Made by a program: the position numbers and the translations under genes
Part shown: positions 1 to 11,443 of the stretch, one piece after another
How the letters are laid out: every line of letters begins with the position of its first letter
Position numbering within the stretch: the first letter of the stretch is position 1
Notes under the pieces: generated by a model
Database searches by the model: none
What the model was told of the DNA's origin: nothing
The model's input: only the letters and a program-made list of their open reading frames with translations
Assembly: GCA_045647925.1 (NCBI GenBank)
Contig: JAZRMY010000011.1
Span: forward strand, 5,151 to 69,150
Reading direction: 5' to 3'
From: Acutalibacteraceae bacterium
Lineage (GTDB): Bacteria; Bacillota; Clostridia; Oscillospirales; Acutalibacteraceae
DNA length: 64,000 nucleotides

Positions 1-799
1 ATACCTTAACAGTATTATTGGTTTTAAATCTATCCGTAATGCTAAGCACGAGTTTATAATTACTAAAATTTCCCGTTCACTTAAAGAGGTGGTAAACCAC
101 TTAGCACTTGAATTCTCTCAAAGTGATTTTAAGCCTGTGGCGTGTGAGCTTGAAATAGGTCCTAACGGAATACCGCTTGAATTCGATTATAACGGTGGCA
201 AAATAGTTATAAACGGTAGTATAGACCGTGTTGATAAATATGACGGTTATGTACGTGTTGTTGACTATAAAACAGGTAGTAAAAAATTCAAATTACCTGA
301 TGTTTTATTTGGTCTAAATCTGCAAATGCTACTATATCTATACGCCGTTACAAAGCATAAGGAATATTTACCTGCGGGTATACTTTATATGCCTTCAAAG
401 CGTGACCTTAATGATGACGGTATGGCAATGAACGGCTTAGTTCTTGCGGATTTAAGTGTTGTAACCGCTATGGAAAAGGAAAATAAGGGCGAATATGTTC
501 CGGCGTTGGCTTTAAATAAGGACGGTTCGTATTCTAAAAGATTAACCTCATTTGCATCCGACGAAGAATTTAATTTAATTTTCAAACATATAGAAAAGTT
601 GATTGCAAATGTAGGTGAGGAAATTTTGGGCGGCGATATTTCGGTTTCACCAATTGATGGCAGGGAATCGGCCGCTTGTGCTTACTGTGATTATAAATCG
701 GTATGCGGTATTGAAAATAAATCTGCATTTAAAGTACCAAATCTTAAAAATAGTGAAGTGTTTGAAAAAATGAAGGAGGCAGATGAAAATGGCATTTAA
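1..799 (+). CDS. addB: AddB/RexB helicase-nuclease subunit B, C-terminal part (5' end lies outside the window)
   Basis: The frame is open from the window edge, with no stop before the first Met at 89. The C-terminal Cys cluster CAYCDYKSVCG fits the AddB Fe-S nuclease domain. It overlaps the start of addA. Confidence 0.8.
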   Translation, partial: YLNSIIGFKSIRNAKHEFIITKISRSLKEVVNHLALEFSQSDFKPVACELEIGPNGIPLEFDYNGGKIVINGSIDRVDKYDGYVRVVDYKTGSKKFKLPDVLFGLNLQMLLYLYAVTKHKEYLPAGILYMPSKRDLNDDGMAMNGLVLADLSVVTAMEKENKGEYVPALALNKDGSYSKRLTSFASDEEFNLIFKHIEKLIANVGEEILGGDISVSPIDGRESAACAYCDYKSVCGIENKSAFKVPNLKNSEVFEKMKEADENGI

Positions 800-3700
800 A
801 CCTACAAAAGAACAAGAAAAAGCCATTTTTGAAAAAGGTAATATATTAGTATCTGCCGCCGCAGGCTCGGGAAAAACTGCAGTTTTAGTTGAAAGAGTTA
901 TTTCTATTCTTAAAGACAAAGCAAGTAATATTAGCGCAGACGAGCTTTTAATTGTAACCTTTACAAATGCCGCCGCCGCAGAAATGCGTTCACGAATTGA
1001 AAAAAGGCTTGATGAAGAATGCAAAATTAATCCGCTTGATACCGGACTATTATTACAAAAACATTTGTTAAGTAATGCTAAAATTTGCACTATCGATTCC
1101 TTTTGTATTGATTTAGTACGCGAAAATTTCGATAAGCTTGATATTTCTCCCGATTTTAGTATAGTAGATGCTTATTCGCTAAAGGAAATTGACCAAAATG
1201 TTATTTATGGAATTATAAATAGGTATTTAGAGGAAAACAATCCTATATTCCACGAATTACTAGATATTGTTGGTGCTGAATTCGACGAAGGCAATTTTGC
1301 TGAAACGGTTCTTTCAATTTATGAATATTCCAGACAAATGCCGTTTCCGGACGAATGGTTTAATTTACTTTCAAATCAATATTCCTGCGGTAATTTTTCG
1401 AGTGAGAATGTTTGGTATAAGCTTGCTTTTCAAAAGGCAGAAAAGGTATTATTATCAATGCAAAAATCAATTGCAAATTGTATTGATTTAATATCTGTTT
1501 CTCAAAAGGCAATTGATTCTTATTTAGGTGTTTTTTCTGATTTTGCTAAACAAATTTCAAATTTAATTGATGCCGCTAAAACAAATGAATGGGACACCTT
1601 TTATAATTCACTTTGCCAGTTCAAACCTTTATCTCTGCCAAGTGTAAGGGGACTTAACGGGTTAGAAGATATTACTGCGGCAAAGGAAACATACAAATAT
1701 CTCTGCGAAAAGCCAATTGAAGAGTTAGAAAAAATATTTTATGGTGACTTTCAGTTTATTGATTCACAGTTCAAAAAGCTTAATAAACCAATTATGCTTT
1801 TAGTTGAAATATTAAAGGAATTTGAAAGCAAGGTATTTAATGAATATAAAGAAAACAATAAATTTACATTCCATAATACCGAGCATTTAGCACTTAAACT
1901 GTTGTGTAAATCAGAAAATGGTGAAATTACCGTAAACCCCGATTCTACCGAGCTATTAAGTCGATTTAAAGAGGTAATGGTAGACGAATATCAGGATACC
2001 AACGATTTACAGGATATGCTTTTCTATGTATTATCAAATTTCGAAAAGAATCTTTTTGCCGTTGGCGATGTAAAGCAAAGTATTTACGCTTTCCGTGGGG
2101 CTAATCCATCTAATTTCTTAAATAAGAAAAACCGTTACATTGATATTGAAAAATCTAATGAGGATGATTCTAAAAAAATTATATTAGGTAATAATTTTAG
2201 AACAAAATCCGCAGTTTGCGATTATATTAATTTCTTTTTCTCTATTTTTATGCAAAGGGAGACAGGTGATATAGATTATACCGATGGCGAACAGTTAATT
2301 CCATCGGCTATATATCCCAATACTGAAACACCTTGTGTTTGCTATGATATTATTGATTGCACTAATTCTAACGAAAACTCACTTGTATTAGAAGCAAGAA
2401 ATATAGCAAGAATTATTCGTGATACTATTGACGGTGAAGAATGTATTAAGCTTGATGATAACACCCTTAGAAAAGCAAAATACAGCGATTTTACAATACT
2501 TTTGCGCTCAATGAGTAATAAAGCACCTGAAATAGTAGCCGAGCTTAAAAAGCACAACATTCCAATTAACTTAAATCTTGAAAGCTTTGCAGATACATTG
2601 GAAATTTCTACTTTTTTAGCTTTATTAAAGGTTATTGATAATCCTCAATCTGATGTAGAATTGCTTAGTGTTATGCTTTCGCCGATATTTGGCTTCAATC
2701 CTGATGAATTAGCAGAAATCAGGTCAAATAAGAAAGACGGTAACTTATATTCTGCGGTTATTTTTGCTTCGCAAAACGGTAATGTTAAGTGTAAAAGCTT
2801 TCTTGAAGCACTAGAAGTATATCGTTTGTATTCTGTAACTAATAGTTTACCTAAACTGATTTCAAAGCTTTTAAGCGAAACCGAATATCTTAATATTGTA
2901 AGCGCCATGGATGACGGCGAAAGAAGAAAAAATAATTTACTTTTACTTTGCGATTATGCGGCACAATATTCACAAGGTAATATTTCAAATATTGGTGGAT
3001 TTGTAAGGTTTATTAATAATCAGTCAAGCTCTATAAAGTCTGCAATCGCTTCGGCTCATACAAATGCCGTTAATATTATGTCTATTCATGCTTCAAAGGG
3101 CTTACAGTTTCCTATTTGTATTATTGCTTCCACGGCCTCTTATTTTAATGACCAAGAGGTAAGAGAAAGATGTGTATTTGATACAAAGCTTGGTTTAGGC
3201 TTTAAGTATTTTGATGAGGATGATAAAACAAAATACAATACTATTTCGCGTCAAATAATTTTGGACAATAGAAAAAAGACCTCGCTTGAAGAAGAATTGC
3301 GTTTATTTTATGTAGCGCTTACAAGAACGCAGGATAAGCTTTATATGCTTTCTTCAATTAAAAATCTTGAAAAAACTGTAGAAAAATATAAAAATCTATT
3401 AATTTCTTCAAACGGCAAAATTGATTATTCGGTAATTTCCAGAACAAAATCCTATGCAGATTGGCTAATGCTATCATCACTTTTGCATCCAAACGGAAAG
3501 CAATTACGGGGTAGTGGCAGTTCTATTATTCCGCTTGAAACTAATTCGCCGCTTAATATCAATATAATTGATGCCCAAACGCTTTTTGACGCTACCGAAA
3601 TTACTGAAGTTGAAGAAATAAGCATTGATTATGGCATAGCGAATGAAATTAAACAAAATATTTCTTACAAATACCCTTATAGCGAAATTTTAAATATTGA

Positions 3701-4298
3701 ATCCAAAACCTCGGTTTCAGAAATAGCAAATAAAGCAGAAAGCGATAATTATTTGTTTACAGGTAAACCCGCATTTTTAAGCAGTGACGGTATTTCGGCT
3801 ACAGGCAGAGGTACTGCAATGCACAAGATAATGCAGTTCTTCAATTTTGAAAAATATGATGATATTGACTGCGAAATTGAAAGACTTTATGAATGGCAAT
3901 ATATTAGTGAAACCGAAATGAATTCACTTGATAAAAATGCCCTAAAGAAATTTTTTGCAAGTGATATTTTTAAAAGAATTAAAAATTCATCACTTGTAAA
4001 ACGTGAAATGCGCTTTTTAACCGAAGTACCTGCAACGCAAATTAATCCAAATTTAGATAAAATTTATGAAAACGAGAAGGTTATCATTCAGGGTGCGGTT
4101 GATATTTGCTTTGTGGAAGACGACGGTCTTGTTATACTTGATTTTAAAACAGATAGGGTAGACAATATCAACGATTTAAAGGCTGCATATTCAGAGCAGT
4201 TATCAATTTATGCTTTAGCTTGTGAGAAAATTTTTGAAAAACCCGTAAAAGAAAAACTTATTTATTCCTTCAAATTTTCTGACACAATAAAAATATAG
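783..4298 (+). CDS. addA: ATP-dependent helicase/nuclease subunit A (AddA, UvrD-like helicase plus C-terminal nuclease)
   Basis: 1171 aa. Walker A is AAAGSGKT and helicase motif II is VDEYQDTN. The C-terminal PD-(D/E)XK-like region reads GAVDICF...ILDFKTD. GGAGG RBS at 774-778. Confidence 0.9.
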   Translation: MKMAFKPTKEQEKAIFEKGNILVSAAAGSGKTAVLVERVISILKDKASNISADELLIVTFTNAAAAEMRSRIEKRLDEECKINPLDTGLLLQKHLLSNAKICTIDSFCIDLVRENFDKLDISPDFSIVDAYSLKEIDQNVIYGIINRYLEENNPIFHELLDIVGAEFDEGNFAETVLSIYEYSRQMPFPDEWFNLLSNQYSCGNFSSENVWYKLAFQKAEKVLLSMQKSIANCIDLISVSQKAIDSYLGVFSDFAKQISNLIDAAKTNEWDTFYNSLCQFKPLSLPSVRGLNGLEDITAAKETYKYLCEKPIEELEKIFYGDFQFIDSQFKKLNKPIMLLVEILKEFESKVFNEYKENNKFTFHNTEHLALKLLCKSENGEITVNPDSTELLSRFKEVMVDEYQDTNDLQDMLFYVLSNFEKNLFAVGDVKQSIYAFRGANPSNFLNKKNRYIDIEKSNEDDSKKIILGNNFRTKSAVCDYINFFFSIFMQRETGDIDYTDGEQLIPSAIYPNTETPCVCYDIIDCTNSNENSLVLEARNIARIIRDTIDGEECIKLDDNTLRKAKYSDFTILLRSMSNKAPEIVAELKKHNIPINLNLESFADTLEISTFLALLKVIDNPQSDVELLSVMLSPIFGFNPDELAEIRSNKKDGNLYSAVIFASQNGNVKCKSFLEALEVYRLYSVTNSLPKLISKLLSETEYLNIVSAMDDGERRKNNLLLLCDYAAQYSQGNISNIGGFVRFINNQSSSIKSAIASAHTNAVNIMSIHASKGLQFPICIIASTASYFNDQEVRERCVFDTKLGLGFKYFDEDDKTKYNTISRQIILDNRKKTSLEEELRLFYVALTRTQDKLYMLSSIKNLEKTVEKYKNLLISSNGKIDYSVISRTKSYADWLMLSSLLHPNGKQLRGSGSSIIPLETNSPLNINIIDAQTLFDATEITEVEEISIDYGIANEIKQNISYKYPYSEILNIESKTSVSEIANKAESDNYLFTGKPAFLSSDGISATGRGTAMHKIMQFFNFEKYDDIDCEIERLYEWQYISETEMNSLDKNALKKFFASDIFKRIKNSSLVKREMRFLTEVPATQINPNLDKIYENEKVIIQGAVDICFVEDDGLVILDFKTDRVDNINDLKAAYSEQLSIYALACEKIFEKPVKEKLIYSFKFSDTIKI

Positions 4299-4316
4299 GA
4301 GTGGTTTTCCACTCCT
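4297..4316. terminator. Bidirectional hairpin between convergent addA and rsmA
   Basis: AGGAGTGG-TTTT-CCACTCCT perfect 8-bp stem, placed at the stop codons of both genes and flanked by A/T runs. Confidence 0.6.
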
Positions 4317-5160
4317 ATATTTTTTCACTTATTTTTGCTAATTGTTCAATTGTTAATTGTTCGCTTCGTATAGTTTCAGAAATTCCTTCTTCAATTAAAG
4401 CGTTTCTTAAAGTATCCTTACTAACATTTAGTGTGTTTGAAACGGTGTTTACAAGTGTTTTTCTTCTTTGTGCAAAGCAAGCCTTTACAAAACTAAAGAA
4501 TTTCTTTTCATCAGTTACTGTAATAGGCGGATTTTTGCGAATCTTTAACTGAATTACTGCAGAATCTACATTTGGTGGCGGCATAAAAGAAGCTCTGCCG
4601 ACGTGGAATAGTATTTCAGCTTCGCTATAGTAGCTTACAGCAACTGTAACAGCACCGGCATCTCTGGTGCCAACCTCGGCACAAAGACGCTCTGCGGCCT
4701 CTTTTTGAACCATTACGGTTATATTATCAATAGGCAATCTGCTTTCAAGCAACATCATAATAATTGGAGAAGTAATATAGTAGGGAAGATTAGCGCAAAC
4801 GCAAACTTTAGAGCAATCGCTGAATTTTTCTTTAATTATTTCTTTTAAGTCAAGCTTCATGGCATCGCCGAATATTACCTCAACATTTTCGCAATCGGCT
4901 AAGGTTTTAGGTAGTATTGTTCTAAGACGGTCGTCTAATTCAATTGCTACAACACGTTTAGCAACCTTTGAAAGCTCGGCAGTAAGTACGCCGATACCGG
5001 GACCTATTTCTAATACGCCCATTTCACTGTCACAAGCAGACTCAGCCATTTGGGGACAAACAGACTCGTCAATCAAAAAGTTTTGTCCCAAAGATTTTTT
5101 AAAAGAAAAGCCTTCTTTTTTTAAAATAGATTCAATAGTTTTAATATTCGCAAGATTCAT
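4315..5160 (-). CDS. rsmA: 16S rRNA (adenine1518/1519-N6)-dimethyltransferase RsmA/KsgA
   Basis: Motifs LGQNFL and EIGPGIGVLT (SAM binding). I prefer the ATG at 5160, which has a GGAG RBS, over the ORF-track start at 5223. Confidence 0.9.
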   Translation of the reverse strand: MNLANIKTIESILKKEGFSFKKSLGQNFLIDESVCPQMAESACDSEMGVLEIGPGIGVLTAELSKVAKRVVAIELDDRLRTILPKTLADCENVEVIFGDAMKLDLKEIIKEKFSDCSKVCVCANLPYYITSPIIMMLLESRLPIDNITVMVQKEAAERLCAEVGTRDAGAVTVAVSYYSEAEILFHVGRASFMPPPNVDSAVIQLKIRKNPPITVTDEKKFFSFVKACFAQRRKTLVNTVSNTLNVSKDTLRNALIEEGISETIRSEQLTIEQLAKISEKI

Positions 5161-5279
5161 TTTCAAACTCCATATTTTAATGTTAATATTATACTTTAAA
5201 ATTTTACATTTTACAATAGACAAATCGTTTTAAATGTAGTATAATGTTAAATATATTTGATTTTGGATGTGAATTTTAA

Positions 5280-6020
5280 TTGGATAACAGATATTTTGAA
5301 AATGTAATTAACGAATTAACACCTTTTTTTGAGGCAAATAATATTACTGCTAAGGATGATATTTTTGTAGGTGAAAGCAAAGCGATTTCTGTAAAGTATG
5401 ACGAAGAAAAACAAATGTATACCTTGTCCGTTGCAGAGATTACCGAAGGTAACATCGGTGAATTTACCGAAATTAATTCTTGGCTTTTTGATGATACTCA
5501 GAACGCTAAGGACGCTTCAAGTGTTGGTATTGATTTCGCTAACTCACTTCGTAAAGAATTTGGTATTAAACACACCAGATCCGCTAATACGAATATTGAA
5601 TTACCAACCGCTGTTAAGGGCGATGTAGTTAATATTTCGGGCTTTTCTAAAAAAATGCTTGATATTTTCCCGGCCCTTAAGGATGAATACAAAAATCATA
5701 TCGCAGTTTACGGTAATTTCCTTTATCTGAATTTCTTTGGTGAGCATTTAGTTCCAAGACTTGTAAGACTTTTTGAAGAAGGCACCAAAAAGCAAATTAA
5801 AAAGTTTTACGATGTAGCAGAGGATGCTTATCTTAAGGGCGATAGAGATACCGTTAATACCTTGGTAGCACTTTTAACTGCTGCAGCTTATAAAAACGAA
5901 AAGGCAACCGCCGCTATTAAAGAAATGTTAAGCGAAAACAAACACTTCTTAAATTCGTTTGAATATTTTGTACCTTTCTTTGCAAAGGATAAAAAGCTTA
6001 TTAAAGCACTAATTAAATAA
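5280..6020 (+). CDS. Hypothetical soluble protein (246 aa), family not recognised
   Basis: Long ORF with a TTG start and a weak GGATGTG RBS. TAGACA-17-TATAAT promoter upstream and a strong terminator downstream. Confidence 0.55.
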   Translation: MDNRYFENVINELTPFFEANNITAKDDIFVGESKAISVKYDEEKQMYTLSVAEITEGNIGEFTEINSWLFDDTQNAKDASSVGIDFANSLRKEFGIKHTRSANTNIELPTAVKGDVVNISGFSKKMLDIFPALKDEYKNHIAVYGNFLYLNFFGEHLVPRLVRLFEEGTKKQIKKFYDVAEDAYLKGDRDTVNTLVALLTAAAYKNEKATAAIKEMLSENKHFLNSFEYFVPFFAKDKKLIKALIK

Positions 6021-6026
6021 TCTATA

Positions 6027-6062
6027 TAAAAAAGCACTCACAATTTTGTGAGTGCTTTTTTA
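6027..6062. terminator. Bidirectional intrinsic terminator (hypothetical gene / fhs)
   Basis: GCACTCAC-AATTTT-GTGAGTGC stem flanked by an A-run and a T-run. Confidence 0.8.
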
Positions 6063-6065
6063 TTT

Positions 6066-7742
6066 TTAGAAAAGACCTGAAATAACGCCGTTTTCGTCAA
6101 CGTCAATTCTTTCAGCTGCGGGAACCTTAGGAAGTCCCGGCATAGTCATAATATCGCCTGTAAGAACTACTATAAAGCCTGCACCTGCAGAAATTTTAAC
6201 ATTCTTAACAGTAACCTTAAAGCCGGTCGGAGCGCCAAGTTTTGTGGCATCGTCAGAAAAACTGTACTGAGTTTTTGCCATACAAACAGGGCAGTTAGAG
6301 AAGCCAAGTTCTGTTAATGAAGCAATTTGTTTTTTAGCGTTAGGTGTAAATATTACACCGTCGCCGCCGTAAATCTTACGAACAACAGCATCGATTTTTT
6401 CTTCAATTGTTGTGTCAAGCTCGTAAGAATAGGTGAAATCGCCCTTTTCTTCTTCGCAAAGACGAACAACCTCGTTTGCGAGTTCAATACCGCCTTCGCC
6501 GCCTTTTGCCCAAACGTCCGAAAGAATAACATTAACACCTAATTCTTTACATTTTGCAATAATGAATTCGATTTCATTATCGGTATCGGTCGGGAAGCGG
6601 TTAACAGCAACAACGCAAGGAAGCTTGTAAACGTCTTTAATATTTGAAACGTGTTTTAAAAGGTTTGGAATACCTTTTTCGAGCGCTTCAATATTTTCAT
6701 TACCAAGCTCTGTTTTAGCAAGACCACCGTGCATTTTAAGTGCTCTAACAGTAGCAACAAGAACAACTGCAGAAGGTGTAAGACCTGCCATACGGCACTT
6801 AATGTCAAGGAATTTTTCTGCGCCTAGGTCTGCACCGAAGCCTGCTTCGGTAATTGCATAATCTGCAAGCTTTAATGCCATCTTTGTAGCAGTAACACTG
6901 TTACAACCGTGCGCTATATTAGCAAAAGGACCGCCGTGAACAAGTGCGGGAGTACCTTCTAAAGATAGTACCAAGTTCGGCTTAATAGCCTCCTTTAAAA
7001 GAGCAGTCATAGCGCCTTGAGCGTTTATCTGACCGCAGGTTACAGGCTTATCGTCATAAGTGTAACCAACAATAATTCTTGAAAGACGCTCTTTAAGGTC
7101 GGTAATGTCACTTGCAAGACATAAAACCGCCATAATTTCACTTGCAACGGTAATATCAAAACCGTCTTCACGTGGAACACCGTTAACCTTACCACCAAGA
7201 CCGTCTGTTACATAGCGTAATTGACGGTCGTTCATATCTACACAACGTTTCCAAGTGATTTTACGAACGTCAATACCTAATTTATTGCCTTGGTGAATGT
7301 GGTTATCAAGCATGGCAGCAAGAAGGTTATTTGCAGCACCAATAGCGTGGAAGTCACCTGTAAAGTGAAGGTTAATATCTTCCATTGGTACTACCTGAGC
7401 ATAACCGCCGCCTGCAGCACCGCCCTTAACACCGAAAACAGGTCCTAAAGAGGGTTCGCGGAGTGCTACGCAAACGTTTTTACCAATTCGGTTAAGACCG
7501 TCAGCAAGACCGATTGTTGTGGTGGTTTTACCCTCACCCGCAGGGGTGGGGGTAATAGCCGTTACAAGAATAAGCTTACCGTTTTCTTTTTTACTTTCTT
7601 TCATTAATGAAAGATCAATTTTTGCTTTATAATTACCGTATTGCTCTAAATATTTAGCTTCAATACCTGCTTTTTCGGCAATTTCGGTAATTGGTTTCAT
7701 TTTACAATTTTGTGCAATTTCTATATCAGTTAAGAAAGCCAT
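6066..7742 (-). CDS. fhs: Formate--tetrahydrofolate ligase
   Basis: 558 aa with the P-loop [16 protein letters not shown] and full-length FTHFS-like sequence. It is the last gene of the pur operon. Confidence 0.95.
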   Translation of the reverse strand: MAFLTDIEIAQNCKMKPITEIAEKAGIEAKYLEQYGNYKAKIDLSLMKESKKENGKLILVTAITPTPAGEGKTTTTIGLADGLNRIGKNVCVALREPSLGPVFGVKGGAAGGGYAQVVPMEDINLHFTGDFHAIGAANNLLAAMLDNHIHQGNKLGIDVRKITWKRCVDMNDRQLRYVTDGLGGKVNGVPREDGFDITVASEIMAVLCLASDITDLKERLSRIIVGYTYDDKPVTCGQINAQGAMTALLKEAIKPNLVLSLEGTPALVHGGPFANIAHGCNSVTATKMALKLADYAITEAGFGADLGAEKFLDIKCRMAGLTPSAVVLVATVRALKMHGGLAKTELGNENIEALEKGIPNLLKHVSNIKDVYKLPCVVAVNRFPTDTDNEIEFIIAKCKELGVNVILSDVWAKGGEGGIELANEVVRLCEEEKGDFTYSYELDTTIEEKIDAVVRKIYGGDGVIFTPNAKKQIASLTELGFSNCPVCMAKTQYSFSDDATKLGAPTGFKVTVKNVKISAGAGFIVVLTGDIMTMPGLPKVPAAERIDVDENGVISGLF

Positions 7743-7753
7743 AAAATCATCCC

Positions 7754-10700
7754 TTACTTAAAGTATTTAACTGCAGATTCAAACATCTTAATTTCATAGT
7801 CACCGGGAACGTTCTTGTAAAGACCGTAGCCTTTTCTTTCGGAGTGACCCATTTTACCGAATACACGGCCGTCAGGTGAGGTGATACCTTCAATAGCATA
7901 CATAGAATCGTTAGGATTAAAGTGAACGTCAGAAGTAGCGTTACCGTCTAAATCAACGTACTGTGTAGCAATCTGACCGTTTTCAGCTAACTTTTTGATT
8001 AATTCTTCGCTTGCCAAGAAACGACCTTCGCCGTGAGAAATCGGAACATTGTAAATATCGCCAACGTTTGTAGCAGAAAGCCAAGGTGACTTATTAGAAG
8101 CAATTCTTGTTCTAACAATTCTTGATTGGTGACGGGCAATAGTATTGAATGTGAGTGTTGGGCAATTTTCGTCGGTATCGATAATCTTACCGTAGGGAAC
8201 AAGACCAAGTTTAATTAATGCCTGGAAGCCGTTACAGATACCGCACATAAGACCGTCACGCTTTTCAAGTAATTCAGTAACCTGTTCTTTAATAGCAGCG
8301 TTACGGAAGAATGCAGTAATAAACTTACCGCTACCGTCGGGTTCGTCACCGCCCGAGAAACCACCGGGGATGAATATCATCTGTGATTCTTTGAGCTTAT
8401 TTGCAAAGGTATCAACGCTCTTTGCAATACCGTCGCTTGTGCGGTTGTTAATTACAAAGATTTCAGGCTCTGCACCTGCATCACGCATAACCTTAGCAGA
8501 GTCAAATTCACAGTTAGTACCCGGGAATACAGGAATTAATACCTTTGGTTTTGCAACCTTAATTGCAGGAGCAACACGTTCTGTTGCAGTGTAATTAAAG
8601 TTTTCCATAGGTGACTTGGAATCCTCAATATTGCACTTAAATACGCTTTCTAATTTATCTTCGTAAATGTTAAGAAGTTCGTTAAGGTCTAATTCTTCGT
8701 TTGCAAGTGTTATTTTACCGTCATCAGTTACAGTACCAATAACATTTTCACTGTAAACGTCTTCAGTAACTTCAAGAATAAATGAACCGTAGCTGTAACC
8801 GAAAATCTTATCAAGTGAAACGTTTTCAGCATACTTAAAGCCAAGACCGTTACCAAAGCACATTTTCATAACTGCTTCTGCTACGCCACCCATAGTTGGG
8901 GTATAACAAGCAACGCACTTCTTAGAGCGCATAAGCTCGGTTACAGTTGCGAAAAGCTTAAGCATAGAATCGGTTTTTGGTAGATTGTTTTCATCAAATT
9001 CAGGTGATAACATAATTACCTTATTACCTGCGGCTTTGAATTCGTTAGTTACGATATTGTCAACCTTATTAGTTGTAACAGCAAATGAAACAAGGGTAGG
9101 TGGTACGTCTAAATCTTCGAAAGAACCACTCATAGAGTCCTTACCGCCGATAGAACCGATACCGAATTCCATTTGTGCCTTAAATGCGCCTAAAAGTGCT
9201 GCCAAAGGCTTGCCCCAACGCTTAGAGTCTTTACCTAAACGCTCGAAATATTCTTGGAAAGTAAGGTAAACATCTTTAAATTCAGCACCTGTTGCAATAA
9301 GCTTACAAACAGATTCTATAACTGCTAAATATGCACCGTGATATGGGCTGTCAGTTGTGATGAACGGATTATAACCCCAAGACATAAGTGAACAATCGTT
9401 AGTGTGCTTCTTTTCAACACTAATCTTTTGTACCATTGCTTGAATTGGCGTTAACTGATTCTTACCGCCGAATGGCATAAGAACTGTACCTGCGCCAATA
9501 GTCGAGTCAAACTGTTCGGAAAGACCGCGTTTTGAACAAATGTTAAGGTCATCAGCCAACTTTTTGTAGTTTTCGGTAAAGGTACCTTCAACAGTTTTCT
9601 TTGTAATAACGGGTTTTGCAGGGGCAACGTCAATATGCTTTTCTGCACCGTTAGAATTTAAGAATTCGCGACTGATATTAACAATAGTATTACCGTTCCA
9701 ATGCATAACAAGACGCGGTTCTGCCTTAACCTCAGCAACAACAACTGCTTGTAGGTTTTCACTTTCGGCAAGCTTTAAGAAGTTATCTACATTTTCTTTT
9801 TCAATAACAACTGCCATTCTTTCTTGTGATTCACTAATAGCAAGCTCTGTACCGTCAAGACCGTCATACTTCTTAGGAACTGCATTAAGGTCGATTACAA
9901 GACCGTCAGCAAGTTCACCGATAGCAACCGAAACACCCCCTGCGCCAAAGTCGTTACAACGCTTAATCATCTTTGTAGCAATGGGGTTACGGAATAATCT
10001 TTGTAATTTGCGTTCTTCAGGAGCGTTACCTTTTTGTACTTCGGCACCGCAAGATTCAAGGGACTCTAATGTATGTGACTTAGAAGAACCTGTTGCACCG
10101 CCGCAACCGTCACGACCTGTGCTACCGCCTAAAAGAACAACAACGTCGCCATCTGTTGGCACTTCGCGGCGTACGTTTTCTGCGGGAGCAGCCGCAATAA
10201 CTGCACCGATTTCCATACGCTTTGCAGCATAACCGTCGTGATAGATTTCATCAACAATACCCGTTGCAAGACCGATTTGGTTACCGTATGAAGAATAACC
10301 GTCAGCCGCGGTAGTAACAATCTTTCTTTGAGGTAATTTACCTTGCATTGTTTCGCTAACGCTCTTAAGTGGGTCAGCAGCACCTGTTACACGCATTGCG
10401 CCGTAAACATAGCTTCTGCCTGAAAGCGGGTCACGAATCGCACCGCCGATACAAGTAGCAGCACCACCAAAGGGTTCAATTTCGGTAGGATGGTTGTGGG
10501 TTTCGTTTTTGAAGAGTAATAACCATTTTTCAGTTTTGCCTTCAATTTCAACATCAATTTTAACGGTACAAGCATTAATTTCTTCGGATTCATCCAATTT
10601 ATCAAGCTTGCCGTCTTTTTTAAGTTGTGTTACAGCAATGGTAGCTAAATCCATAAGGCAGATTGGTTTTGTTCTGCCTAAATTCTTACGAACTTCTAAG

Positions 10701-11443
10701 TATTCATTGTATGTATTCTGTAAAAGTTCGTCTTCAAAGGTTACGTTATCAATATTTGTTAAGAAGGTGGTATGACGGCAATGGTCAGACCAATAGGTAT
10801 CAATCATACGAATTTCGGTAATTGTAGGATTGCGGTTTTCTGACTTAAAGTAATCCTGACAGAATGCAATATCATCTGCATCCATTGCAAGACCGTAATT
10901 CTTAACAAAGTCTTCAAGACCCTTGCGGTCTAAATCAATAAAGCCTTCAAGAGTTTCAACAGTTGTAGGAATATCGTAATTAACCTTTAAGGTATCGTAG
11001 GTTTCAAGGGTTGCTTCTCTTGATTCAACAGGATTGATTACGTATTTCTTTATAGCCGCAAGCTCGTCGGCAGAAATATCACCGTAAAGGCAATAAACCT
11101 TTGCAGTTTTAACGGTTGGGCGTTCTTTTTGGGAAATAATTTGAATACACTGTGCGGCAGAATCTGCACGTTGGTCGTACTGACCTGGTAAAAATTCTGT
11201 TGCAAAAACTGTAGCACCATTGGTATCAATTTCGTTTGTAGCAATATCAAGCTGAGGTTCTGAAAATACAGTATTTACTGCATAATCAAAGAGTTCTTTT
11301 TCAATGTTTTCAACGTCATAGCGGTTAATTACACGAACATCGCTAACAGATTTAATCTGTAATAAGCCGTTTATGTTTGCTAAAACACCTCTTGCTTCGT
11401 TTGCTAATTCCTTTTTCTTTTCAACATAAATACGGTAAACCAT
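7754..11443 (-). CDS. purL: Phosphoribosylformylglycinamidine synthase, single-chain large form
   Basis: 1229 aa. The N-terminal and AIRS domains are fused to a C-terminal glutaminase (GICNGFQ, HGEGR). Confidence 0.9.
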   Translation of the reverse strand: MVYRIYVEKKKELANEARGVLANINGLLQIKSVSDVRVINRYDVENIEKELFDYAVNTVFSEPQLDIATNEIDTNGATVFATEFLPGQYDQRADSAAQCIQIISQKERPTVKTAKVYCLYGDISADELAAIKKYVINPVESREATLETYDTLKVNYDIPTTVETLEGFIDLDRKGLEDFVKNYGLAMDADDIAFCQDYFKSENRNPTITEIRMIDTYWSDHCRHTTFLTNIDNVTFEDELLQNTYNEYLEVRKNLGRTKPICLMDLATIAVTQLKKDGKLDKLDESEEINACTVKIDVEIEGKTEKWLLLFKNETHNHPTEIEPFGGAATCIGGAIRDPLSGRSYVYGAMRVTGAADPLKSVSETMQGKLPQRKIVTTAADGYSSYGNQIGLATGIVDEIYHDGYAAKRMEIGAVIAAAPAENVRREVPTDGDVVVLLGGSTGRDGCGGATGSSKSHTLESLESCGAEVQKGNAPEERKLQRLFRNPIATKMIKRCNDFGAGGVSVAIGELADGLVIDLNAVPKKYDGLDGTELAISESQERMAVVIEKENVDNFLKLAESENLQAVVVAEVKAEPRLVMHWNGNTIVNISREFLNSNGAEKHIDVAPAKPVITKKTVEGTFTENYKKLADDLNICSKRGLSEQFDSTIGAGTVLMPFGGKNQLTPIQAMVQKISVEKKHTNDCSLMSWGYNPFITTDSPYHGAYLAVIESVCKLIATGAEFKDVYLTFQEYFERLGKDSKRWGKPLAALLGAFKAQMEFGIGSIGGKDSMSGSFEDLDVPPTLVSFAVTTNKVDNIVTNEFKAAGNKVIMLSPEFDENNLPKTDSMLKLFATVTELMRSKKCVACYTPTMGGVAEAVMKMCFGNGLGFKYAENVSLDKIFGYSYGSFILEVTEDVYSENVIGTVTDDGKITLANEELDLNELLNIYEDKLESVFKCNIEDSKSPMENFNYTATERVAPAIKVAKPKVLIPVFPGTNCEFDSAKVMRDAGAEPEIFVINNRTSDGIAKSVDTFANKLKESQMIFIPGGFSGGDEPDGSGKFITAFFRNAAIKEQVTELLEKRDGLMCGICNGFQALIKLGLVPYGKIIDTDENCPTLTFNTIARHQSRIVRTRIASNKSPWLSATNVGDIYNVPISHGEGRFLASEELIKKLAENGQIATQYVDLDGNATSDVHFNPNDSMYAIEGITSPDGRVFGKMGHSERKGYGLYKNVPGDYEIKMFESAVKYFK

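Noticed and set aside
5161-5223. N-terminal extensions suggested by the ORF-track starts (rsmA 5223, purM 17605, purE 20324, groES 20614, ogg 24353, membrane protein 25595, ylmC 27293, phosphoesterase 34138, xseA 46966, argR 52744, rubrerythrin 56475, rpsT 58020, asnS 62383)
   Set aside because: In each case an internal start codon has a proper Shine-Dalgarno sequence and gives the conserved N-terminus. The longer form overlaps an RBS, a terminator or the neighbouring gene.
6034-6055. CIRCE-like inverted repeat GCACTCAC...GTGAGTGC
   Set aside because: The spacing is wrong (6 nt, not 9). It sits between two convergent stop codons and is flanked by A/T runs, so it is an ordinary bidirectional terminator.
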